Of a stretch of DNA of 64,000 nt, positions 17,698 through 25,324 are shown in pieces. A model generated the notes under the pieces. That model worked only from the letters and a program-made list of their open reading frames with translations. It was not told the DNA's origin and made no database searches. The stretch lies in contig JBBRYU010000001.1 of assembly GCA_038237345.1 (NCBI GenBank), positions 375 through 64,374 on the forward strand, written 5' to 3'. A program made the position numbers and the translations under genes. How positions within the stretch are numbered: the stretch's first letter is position 1; every line of letters starts with the position of its first letter. This stretch comes from Pyrinomonadales bacterium. GTDB lineage: Bacteria > Acidobacteriota > Blastocatellia > Pyrinomonadales > Pyrinomonadaceae.

Positions 17698-18315
17698 TTA
17701 ACTCTTCGCCAGCAACTCTCTGCTCTCGACGATCTCCGCGCCTGCTGCCGCCATCTCGCGCAAGGCGCGCTCCGTGTCGCCCGTATTGACTTCGACGCCG
17801 CGACAAGCATCTTCGACGACCGTTGTGCGGAAGCCGAGCGCGACCGCGTCGAGCGCGGTGAACTTGACGCAGTAGTCTGTGGCGAGACCGGTGATGACCA
17901 CATCCGTCACGCCCTGCGCCTTGAGATAGTCGCCGAGACCTGTAGCGCGCCGGTGCTCGTTGTCGAAGAAGCCGCTATAAGAATCAACCTCCATGTCCGT
18001 GCCTTTGAGGAAAGTGCGCGCGATGCGGCCCGTGTCGAGCGCGGGCACGAACTCCGCGCCGGCACTCTCCTGTATGCAGTGCGGCGGCCAGAGCGTCGCG
18101 AAGCTTGAATGACCGGCGGGATGCCAGTCCTTCGTCGCCACGATCAGAGCGAAGTGCTTTTGTAGCTCGTTCACGACCGGCACGACGCGGTCGCCATCGC
18201 GCACGGCGAGCGCGCCGCCCGGACAGAAATCGTTTTGAATATCCACGAGGATGAGCGCGCGTTTAGTCTGCGCGCCCGCCACCGTTCGCCCTTGCGACTC
18301 ATTCGTGCCTGTCAC
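17698..18315 (-). CDS. pncA: nicotinamidase/pyrazinamidase (isochorismatase family)
   Basis: ALILVDIQNDFCPGGALAV, KDWHPAGHSSF and TGLATDYCVKFTALDA are the catalytic Asp/Lys/Cys and metal-site motifs of PncA. Confidence 0.85.
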   Translation of the reverse strand: MTGTNESQGRTVAGAQTKRALILVDIQNDFCPGGALAVRDGDRVVPVVNELQKHFALIVATKDWHPAGHSSFATLWPPHCIQESAGAEFVPALDTGRIARTFLKGTDMEVDSYSGFFDNEHRRATGLGDYLKAQGVTDVVITGLATDYCVKFTALDAVALGFRTTVVEDACRGVEVNTGDTERALREMAAAGAEIVESRELLAKS

Positions 18316-18327
18316 TTGCTCACTCCT

Positions 18328-18807
18328 TCATGCGCCATCGCCATGTGCCAAGACGCGCACGGTCTGGCCCGGCGCGAGTCGCCCCGTTTGAATGACGCGC
18401 GCGTAAAGCCGCGACTCGCCGGGATGCAACTTCTGTGAGATGCGTTCGAACTCGCCGCCGATGAACGACTCAACGAGTGAGTTGCAAGGGTTGGCGGGTT
18501 TGCTGATCTCAATGATCACTTCGTCGCCGAGCGCGAGACGCGCGCCAGGTGCGAGTTGCGCCCAATCAAGTCCCGCCATCGTCACGTTCTCGCCGACCGA
18601 GCCGGGATAGATCGGATGCCCTTCGGCCTGCAATGCTTCGATGCGCTCAAGCGCGTAGAGACAGAGGGCGCGCTCCGGCCCGCCGTGTATGTCTGGATGC
18701 TCCTGCCGGTCGCCGACGAGACCCGTGGGCGTTAATAGGGCTTCAGCTACGGGCCGCTTCGGCACACCGCCGTCCGAACAGTTGAGTTGATGTATGTGAC
18801 CTTGCAT
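18328..18807 (-). CDS. MOSC domain-containing protein
   Basis: GGVPKRPV...GLVGDRQEHPDIHGGPERALCLY...GSVGENVTMAGLDW is typical of the MOSC beta-barrel. Confidence 0.85.
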   Translation of the reverse strand: MQGHIHQLNCSDGGVPKRPVAEALLTPTGLVGDRQEHPDIHGGPERALCLYALERIEALQAEGHPIYPGSVGENVTMAGLDWAQLAPGARLALGDEVIIEISKPANPCNSLVESFIGGEFERISQKLHPGESRLYARVIQTGRLAPGQTVRVLAHGDGA

Positions 18808-18828
18808 GGGGAATCCTTTTTGCGCGTA

Positions 18829-18999
18829 TTAAGTTGCCCGCCGGCCGCGCGGCTCCGGCTTGTCGCCCAGATTCGATTTGTCCTTCGGCAACTCCTGCGA
18901 CTTGCCATCCGACTTACGCGCGCTCGTCGCATCGCGCATCCTCTTATTCTGTTTGTCCGTTCGTTGCCCGTCTTTCTTCTGTCGCTCCTTATCTGACAT
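18829..18999 (-). CDS. small highly basic hydrophilic protein (56 aa), absent from the ORF track
   Basis: ATG at 18999 is preceded by AGGAGGG with a 3-nt spacer. Reads MSDKERQKKDGQRTDKQNKRMRDATSARKSDGKSQELPKDKSNLGDKPEPRGRRAT and ends at TAA 18831-18829. It lies in the gap between the MOSC and P-loop genes. Confidence 0.4.
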   Translation of the reverse strand: MSDKERQKKDGQRTDKQNKRMRDATSARKSDGKSQELPKDKSNLGDKPEPRGRRAT

Positions 19000-19022
19000 A
19001 TACCCTCCTGTTGGCTCGTTAA

Positions 19023-19658
19023 TTAAACCGCAACTGCCGTTTGTACAGCCCGCACGCGCGCTAACAACTTCGGCAACTCCGCGCGCGTGTACACGGGAAT
19101 GCCGTGCAACGCATCAGCGTCTGCGGCGGCCGCGCGCCACGCCGCAAATTGCGCCCGCGCGGCCGCCGCATCGTTCGTCTCTTCCGTAAACAGATAAAGC
19201 GCATCGCAACGCGCGAGCGCGCGGCGGGCCGTCGGCTTGATCTTCTCCGCGCATTGCGGCACGCACATGATCATGAAGTCAACCGGCACGTACGGCAGAA
19301 AACTGTTGCCCTCGACCAGCACGCCCGGCGCACGCACGCGCGCCAGCGCTTGTCCGATGCCGCGCTCGACCTGTCCATCCGTGGCGATGAGCCAGTGGAC
19401 GTTCGCCGCGCCCGCGTCCCAGTAGCGGCCCGTGTCTTTGCCCGGCGTGTAAGTCTCCGCGCGCCCTGAGCGCAGCGTCGGCTCGTCGCCAAGTAGATGA
19501 CTCACACAACAGGCATGCGGGTCTTTGCCGCACGAGCGATAGTGCCCGCGCGTCTGCTTGATCGCCTCCCAGCCGGGCAACTGACGCAGCAATTCGCACA
19601 CGAGCGTCGTCTTGCCCGAGTTAGACGTGAAGCCACCGATGGCGACGGTCGTAAGCAT
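19023..19658 (-). CDS. MobB-like P-loop NTPase, Cys-rich, function unknown
   Basis: Walker A segment VAIGGFTSNSGKTTLVCELLRQL, followed by HYRSCGKDPHACCVSH. There is no confident family assignment. Confidence 0.55.
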   Translation of the reverse strand: MLTTVAIGGFTSNSGKTTLVCELLRQLPGWEAIKQTRGHYRSCGKDPHACCVSHLLGDEPTLRSGRAETYTPGKDTGRYWDAGAANVHWLIATDGQVERGIGQALARVRAPGVLVEGNSFLPYVPVDFMIMCVPQCAEKIKPTARRALARCDALYLFTEETNDAAAARAQFAAWRAAAADADALHGIPVYTRAELPKLLARVRAVQTAVAV

Positions 19659-19837
19659 GCTCTACCAGCCAGATTTTAATGCAACTACGAGCTGCGCGTG
19701 AAGGACACACGACGCATTTGTCATCTGAGCAAGCACGGTTAGCCCTACGTCTGCGCCGCGCACACTTGGCAAGGGTGCGGCGTGCGCTATAGATTAGCAA
19801 CGCGAAATCGCTTACCCCGGAGGCTTGACGAAGCGGC

Positions 19838-20188
19838 ATGGCAGCGGACGAAGAACAGAGTGCGCGCTTACGCGAAGTTTGCGCGGTGCTGGCCCGGCAC
19901 GGCGAGTTGGCGCTGCAAGGCGCGCCGCCCGAGTCGGCCGCTTACGACTGGCTCGCGCACGGCTTCGATGATGCGGAAGAGATAGACGAGTGGCTGTGCG
20001 CCCGTTGTTTTCGCGCCCGCCACGCGCGCGACCTTGAGCGCGCCGGCTTCACGCCCGCACAGGCCCGTTTGCGCACCAATGCCGGCCGCATTGCTTATCA
20101 AGACACCATCGCCTATAAACTCGCGCAAGGCGATCTCACGATGGACGAGGCACGCCGCATCATCACCAGCGATTTCTGGGACTTATAA
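19838..20188 (+). CDS. hypothetical protein (116 aa)
   Basis: ORF with GGAGG about 15 nt upstream. No recognisable domain. Confidence 0.45.
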   Translation: MAADEEQSARLREVCAVLARHGELALQGAPPESAAYDWLAHGFDDAEEIDEWLCARCFRARHARDLERAGFTPAQARLRTNAGRIAYQDTIAYKLAQGDLTMDEARRIITSDFWDL

Positions 20189-20235
20189 AACCGCCCGCGC
20201 CCGACCGCGAAACTGCTAAAGGAGTGGCCCCTTAG

Positions 20236-21462
20236 ATGCCGAACGATGCCGCCGCACGTCCGCTCACCGTCCTCTGTCTGGCAAGTTATGAGAAGGGACA
20301 TGAATTCTTGCGCGAGTGCAAACGACAGGGCGCGCGGGTGCTGCTGCTCACCTCGCTCAGTCTTAAGGACACGGCTGATTGGCCGCGCGCAGCCATAGAC
20401 GAAATCTTCTACATGCCCGATGTGGACAAGCAGTGGGATGTAGAGGACACCTGCAAGAGCGTCAGCTATGTGGCGCGCACCGAACGAATTGAGCGCATCG
20501 TCCCGCTTGACGATTTCGATCTGGAAAAGGCCGCCGCGCTGCGCGAGCACCTGCGCGTCCCCGGTTTAGGCGAGACCGCGACGCGCTACTTCCGCGACAA
20601 GCTCGCCATGCGTATGCAGGCGCAAGAGGCGGGCCTACGCGTGCCCGAATTCATCCACACGCTCAACTACGACAACTTACGCGCTTACATGGCGCACATC
20701 CCTGCGCCGTGGCTCTTGAAGCCGCGCTTCGAGGCGTCCGCCACCGGCATCAAGAAGATCAACTCGCCCGCTGAACTCTGGCCCGCGCTCGACGCGCTCG
20801 GCGACCGGCAATCTTTCCACCTGCTCGAACGCTATGTGCCCGGCGACATCTATCACGTTGATTCCATCGTCTATGATAACGAAATCCGCTTCTCGATCTG
20901 CAACCGCTATGGTCTGCCGCCGCTCGACGTGGCGCATGGCGGCGGCATCTTCTCCACGCGCACGCTGGCGCGCGGCACAGCCCAAGAGCAAGCCTTGCAA
21001 GCGGCCAACCGCGCCGTGCTTCGTGCGCTAAAACTCCCGCGCGGTGTCTCGCACACGGAATTCATCGGCAGTCATCAGGATGGCGAGCTTTATTTTCTCG
21101 AAACGGCGGCGCGCGTCGGCGGCGCGAACATCGTGGAGTTGATCGAAGCGGCGACCGGCATCAACCTCTGGGCCGAGTGGGCCAAGATCGAGATCGCCGG
21201 CGGCAAACAACCCTACCACGTGCCGCTCGCCAGCGCCGATCACGCCGGCTTGCTCGTCTCGCTCGCGCGACAGGAATGGCCCGACACATCCGCCTACAAC
21301 GACCGCGAGATCGTCTGGCGGATGAACAAACCCGCGCACGTCGGTCTCATCGTCCGCTCGCACGACCCCGCGCGCATCGATCAACTCATCGCCGACTACA
21401 CCGCGCGCTTCCTCCGCGACTTCAGCGCGACGCTCCCGCCGACCGCGCGTCCGACGAGTTAA
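20236..21462 (+). CDS. ATP-grasp domain protein (408 aa), paralog 1
   Basis: AAAGGAG precedes the ATG. Architecture is a pre-ATP-grasp N-terminus (VLCLASYEKGHEFLRECKRQGARVLLLT), then a central WLLKPRFEASATGIKK, then ELYFLETAARVGGANI. It is collinear with the ORF at 21553-22779. Confidence 0.8.
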   Translation: MPNDAAARPLTVLCLASYEKGHEFLRECKRQGARVLLLTSLSLKDTADWPRAAIDEIFYMPDVDKQWDVEDTCKSVSYVARTERIERIVPLDDFDLEKAAALREHLRVPGLGETATRYFRDKLAMRMQAQEAGLRVPEFIHTLNYDNLRAYMAHIPAPWLLKPRFEASATGIKKINSPAELWPALDALGDRQSFHLLERYVPGDIYHVDSIVYDNEIRFSICNRYGLPPLDVAHGGGIFSTRTLARGTAQEQALQAANRAVLRALKLPRGVSHTEFIGSHQDGELYFLETAARVGGANIVELIEAATGINLWAEWAKIEIAGGKQPYHVPLASADHAGLLVSLARQEWPDTSAYNDREIVWRMNKPAHVGLIVRSHDPARIDQLIADYTARFLRDFSATLPPTARPTS

Positions 21463-21503
21463 ATGACGTAGATTCAAAGCGACGAATAGAGCAGAGCGTA
21501 TGT

Positions 21504-21538
21504 GCCGGGAGCGCAGGCATCCTGCCTGCGCTCCCGGC
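21504..21538. terminator. perfect 16-bp hairpin between the convergent ATP-grasp genes (bidirectional terminator candidate)
   Basis: gccgggagcgcaggca tcc tgcctgcgctcccggc. Confidence 0.7.
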
Positions 21539-21552
21539 GCGCAACTGCGTTG

Positions 21553-22779
21553 TTACTCGGCCCGTTCGGGCGGCGGCGCGACCGCGCTGAAGTCGGTGCT
21601 GAAGCGGCGGGCGTAATCATCTAACAGTTCGAGCACGCGTTGTTGTGCGGGCGCGCGGACGACGAGGCCGATGTGGTGGCGTTTGCGCACGCGGTAGGTG
21701 ATCTCCGCATCCGTGAAGGCGGACGTGTCGGGCCATTCGTGGCGCGCGAGCGAGAGCGCAATGCCGGCGTAGTATTGCTGCGGCGGGGACAGTTCATAGC
21801 CGCCGTTCGCTTCAGCCAGTTCAAGCTTGGCCCATTCGCGCCAGATGTTAAGCCCGCTCGCGGCCTCGTGCGTCTCGGCAATATATGCGCCGCCGACGCG
21901 CGCCGCGATTTCGAGAAAGTAGAGCTCACCATCGGCCGCGCTCTTGATGAACTCGGCGTGCGCCGCGCCGCGTCGCAGCCCGAGCGCGCTGATCACTTGC
22001 TGATTAAGACGTAACAACTCGGTGCGCCCGGCCGCGTCGTAAGCAACTGTGTAAGAGAGAAAGACGCCGCCCCCGTGCATCACGTCGAGCGGCGGGCGGC
22101 CGTAACGATTCACGCACGCGAACAGCACTTCGCCGTTCAAGACCAACGAGTCCACGTGATACACGTCGCCGGGCACGAAGCGTTCTAGCAGATGAAAGGG
22201 CGCACGCTCGTGCGGTCGCTCGCGCGCGTCGAGTTCTTCGAGGGCGCGCCAGAGTTGTTCCGCGTCATGCACTTTCCTGATGCCGATGGCGGACACATCT
22301 GTGCGCGGCTTGAGTACCCACGGCGCGGGCGTGCGCCCCATATAATCATGTATGTCTGCGCGGTTGATCGCGCCGACGAAGTCGGGCACGCGCAGGCCGG
22401 CGGCGCGGGCCGTGTCGCGCATGGCCAGTTTGTCGCGGAAGCGGCGCGCGGTCGAAGCATCCATGCCGGGCAGACGCAGATGCTCGCGAATGAGACCGGC
22501 CGTGATCACGTCGAACTCTTCGAGGGCGACGAGGCGCGCGATGCGTTGCTGGCGCGCAAGCTGCGTGACGGCGTGAATGAAGTAATCAGGGCCGGCGTCC
22601 TGCGGCAGCACGATGAACTCGTCGAGACCATCGTGCGGCCAGTCCTCGTGCCGCCACTTCTCTTTCGTGAGAAGCACGACGCGCGCTCCCTGCTGCTTAC
22701 ACTCACGCAGGAAATCAACGCCCTTGAAGAAACTGGCGAGACAGACGACGGTCGGCGTGTTTGGCGGCGAGTCGTTCAC
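21553..22779 (-). CDS. ATP-grasp domain protein (408 aa), paralog 2
   Basis: VVCLASFFKGVDFLRECKQQGARVVLLT, WVLKPRTDVSAIGIRK and ELYFLEIAARVGGAYI. It has the same length as 20236-21462 and is collinear with it over its full length. Confidence 0.8.
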   Translation of the reverse strand: MNDSPPNTPTVVCLASFFKGVDFLRECKQQGARVVLLTKEKWRHEDWPHDGLDEFIVLPQDAGPDYFIHAVTQLARQQRIARLVALEEFDVITAGLIREHLRLPGMDASTARRFRDKLAMRDTARAAGLRVPDFVGAINRADIHDYMGRTPAPWVLKPRTDVSAIGIRKVHDAEQLWRALEELDARERPHERAPFHLLERFVPGDVYHVDSLVLNGEVLFACVNRYGRPPLDVMHGGGVFLSYTVAYDAAGRTELLRLNQQVISALGLRRGAAHAEFIKSAADGELYFLEIAARVGGAYIAETHEAASGLNIWREWAKLELAEANGGYELSPPQQYYAGIALSLARHEWPDTSAFTDAEITYRVRKRHHIGLVVRAPAQQRVLELLDDYARRFSTDFSAVAPPPERAE

Positions 22780-22964
22780 GTGCGCGTTCCTTTATGATAG
22801 GAGGGTCGCAGGGGCAGAAACACGCACGCAGTAAGTGTGTCTGCCGCCCGCGTGCGCGTCATGCGCCCTTACTGCGTGCGGGCTTCCGCATGCTCATTCA
22901 ATGAGTTGCGGCGGCAGTATATAACAGCCGCGCGCCAGGGGTCATTGCCACACAGACGGGAAAG

Positions 22965-22993
22965 CCCGCGCGAATTCAATTAACTCGCGCGGG
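22965..22993 (-). terminator. 9-bp GC hairpin downstream of the TonB-C gene
   Basis: cccgcgcga attcaattaac tcgcgcggg, located 26 nt past the stop at 23019. Confidence 0.55.
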
Positions 22994-23018
22994 CCATTGA
23001 TGCAACATACGCCGTCGC

Positions 23019-24500
23019 TCAATAGATATTGAAGTTGTAGACGACGGAGACGTACTGCGAGACTTTGTGCCCGTCCTTCTCGGCCGGCGTGAACTGTATT
23101 TTGCGCGCCGCTTCAATCGCCTTCTCCGTCAACCCATCAGGCAGACGCTTAATGGGCACGATGCTCAGCACCTGCCCCGACGCGGACAAGACCATGCGCA
23201 ACGTGACCTCGCCCGTGACGTTGTTCTTGCGCGCTTCTTCCGTAAACTGCGGCTCCGGCTTCGCCGTGATGACCGCGCGGCGGGTCACGTCATGCACGGT
23301 GAATACTGTTTTTGCGTAGTCTATCGTGCCGCCGCGATCACCGGGGCCGCCGCCGCCGGGTTTCTTCGGGCCGCCGCCTGTGTTCCCGCCCTCGCCGGGG
23401 CCATAGCCGTTACCATTGCCCGTACCGACGCCGCCACCATTGCCGTCGCCGATACCGTTGCCGTCACCTGAGCCGGATGACAACTCGGTGGCTTGCGATT
23501 TCGGATCGCCGTATGGCAGCGCGCGTGCGTCGGGCGGAAAGAGTACCGGATCGCCTTCGAGCGTGGCCGGCGTCGGCAAGTGCGCGTTTAGTATGATCGG
23601 CGGCTTCGGGTCGGGCGCTACGAGTGGCGGCTGCCACGTGGCCGGCGGCAGTTTGCCCTGAATCGCCGGCAGCGCCTCGTGTCGTCCGCCACTACCGCCG
23701 CCGCCCGGCCGCTCCTTGTTCTGCAACGAGCCGCCGCCCGCGCCGTGACTCGCCATCCCGGCCGGCCCCGCCTCCTGCTTCTGCTCCGGCGGAATAGTAT
23801 TGACGACCCAACCCGTCACTTCCAAACCTTCGTTGGCATTGCCGGCGAGCGTCGGATACGCCTTGTGATAACCCTCAAGCGCGACGACCGCACCGACAAG
23901 TGTTAAGACAACGACGAGCGCGGTCACGAGTCCGTAGGCAACATTCTCGCGCGCCAACCCGCGCCGCAACAACAAGCTGTAACCAACGGCCGTGCGCTGC
24001 GTGAACCCGAACGGATCACGCTTGAACTCCGGCCACGTCAAACGCGACGCCGCCGTGACCGCGCTCATCTCAGTCGTCAAACGCGCGAGCAGCCCCGCTT
24101 CCGGCAACAATGTTAACTGATACTCCGCCCGCGCGGATGTGCCTGCGACAATCACCGGTGCCCAGTCGTCGCCAATCATTTCAGCAACCGACATATTCAA
24201 TGCCGGCATGGGCGCGCGTGCGCCGTCCGTTTGGTCAGACCGCGCTTCAGCCAAGACGGCCGCCAGCATGTCGGGTTGTTGCTCTGTGACGAGCGGCAGT
24301 CCGTCCACCGGACAGAAACGGAACTGCGGTGCAAATTCTTCATAGCACATCGGACATCGCTTCATCTCTTCTTCCTCCTCCGCGCGCCGGCTCACCTGCC
24401 GGCGATATGAATCCAGCACGCGCGAGCGCAGCGCATCGGGCGCTGGTCTAGCGCGCCAACTCAGCAGCAATAGCTTCAATGCCTGCTCTTCGCTCATCAT
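23019..24500 (-). CDS. TonB C-terminal domain protein with an N-terminal zinc-ribbon and one TM helix; putative anti-sigma partner
   Basis: Start overlaps the sigma gene stop as ATGA. CPMCYEEF..FCPVDG zinc-ribbon, TM helix VAYGLVTALVVVLTLVGAVVAL, a Gly/Asn/Pro-rich linker, and a C-terminal TonB_C-like segment (AKPEPQFTEEARKNNVTGEVTLRMVLSASGQV). Confidence 0.8.
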   Translation of the reverse strand: MMSEEQALKLLLLSWRARPAPDALRSRVLDSYRRQVSRRAEEEEEMKRCPMCYEEFAPQFRFCPVDGLPLVTEQQPDMLAAVLAEARSDQTDGARAPMPALNMSVAEMIGDDWAPVIVAGTSARAEYQLTLLPEAGLLARLTTEMSAVTAASRLTWPEFKRDPFGFTQRTAVGYSLLLRRGLARENVAYGLVTALVVVLTLVGAVVALEGYHKAYPTLAGNANEGLEVTGWVVNTIPPEQKQEAGPAGMASHGAGGGSLQNKERPGGGGSGGRHEALPAIQGKLPPATWQPPLVAPDPKPPIILNAHLPTPATLEGDPVLFPPDARALPYGDPKSQATELSSGSGDGNGIGDGNGGGVGTGNGNGYGPGEGGNTGGGPKKPGGGGPGDRGGTIDYAKTVFTVHDVTRRAVITAKPEPQFTEEARKNNVTGEVTLRMVLSASGQVLSIVPIKRLPDGLTEKAIEAARKIQFTPAEKDGHKVSQYVSVVYNFNIY

Positions 24501-25108
24501 TGCTTCAACTCCCGCGCGCTCGGCCCGCTCGCCAGATACGGCGCGAGTTGCCGCCGTAAGTTTTCCCGCGCACGCGCGAGCCGCGCCTTGACCGTGCCTA
24601 CGTCCGCGCCGACCACCGCGGCGATCTCCGCCAGACTCAACTCTTCATACTCGAACAGCACGAGCGCCTCGCGTTGCAACGGCGACAAATTCATCACCGC
24701 GCGTTGGACGACTTCGGCCAACTCGGCCGCGAGCAGTTGGCGCAAAGGCTGTTGCGCTTCCTGCGTGTGCGGCTCGTCATGCAAATCATCGAGCGCGATC
24801 TCGACGCGCGGGTGGCGAAACTGTTTGAGCGCGAGATTGCGCGCCGCCGCGTAGAGATACGTGCGCAGACTGGCGCGCGTCGGATCGAAGCTGTCGGGTC
24901 GTTTGAGCAAACTGAGAAAGCAATCGTGCGTTACGTCTTCGGCGCGCGTCGCCGAGCCGAGCAAGCGATAGGCGAAGCGATAGATTGCATCGCGGTAACG
25001 CTCGTAGAGCAAGAGGAACGCGGCCTCTTCGCCCCGGCGCGCGCGCTCGATGAGCGCCTCGTCTGTCGTCTGATCGGGCAACCTGCTTCGGCTCGTTTCC
25101 GGCCCCAC
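24497..25108 (-). CDS. ECF-type RNA polymerase sigma-70 factor
   Basis: Region 2 (LLYERYRDAIYRFAYRLLGSATRAEDVTHDCFL) and region 4 (LSPLQREALVLFEYEELSLAEIAAVVGADVGTVKARLARAR). Confidence 0.9.
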   Translation of the reverse strand: MGPETSRSRLPDQTTDEALIERARRGEEAAFLLLYERYRDAIYRFAYRLLGSATRAEDVTHDCFLSLLKRPDSFDPTRASLRTYLYAAARNLALKQFRHPRVEIALDDLHDEPHTQEAQQPLRQLLAAELAEVVQRAVMNLSPLQREALVLFEYEELSLAEIAAVVGADVGTVKARLARARENLRRQLAPYLASGPSARELKQ

Positions 25109-25324
25109 GGCTTGCTCACGGAGGTATTACCGCGACGATGGCAAAAGAGACGCTGCGGAGGCCAAATATTTTGCGTCGCTCTGCCACCGATGTTGTCGCT
25201 TGGAAGCCGACATACTCCGACGCGGTTGCATGAACGCGAGCCCCGGCGCGAAAAATAAATATCCGCCGTGTGGAAACCTGACCCGAACAAGCGCGCATCA
25301 CAGCGCCAATTCGGAGGTAGCCCC

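Noticed and set aside
23380-23480. The repetitive GGN/AAY-rich DNA inside the TonB-C gene as a DNA repeat element.
   Set aside because: It encodes an in-frame Gly/Asn/Pro-rich linker (GDGNGIGDGNGGGVGTGNGNGYGPGEGGNTGGG). This is low-complexity protein sequence, not an independent element.
25265-25305. A GGAAAC motif at about 25271 as the ECF-type -35 element for the A2M gene.
   Set aside because: The match to GGAAC-N16/17-CGT-type promoters is too degenerate, and no clear -10 element sits at the right spacing. It is not callable without the ECF group consensus.
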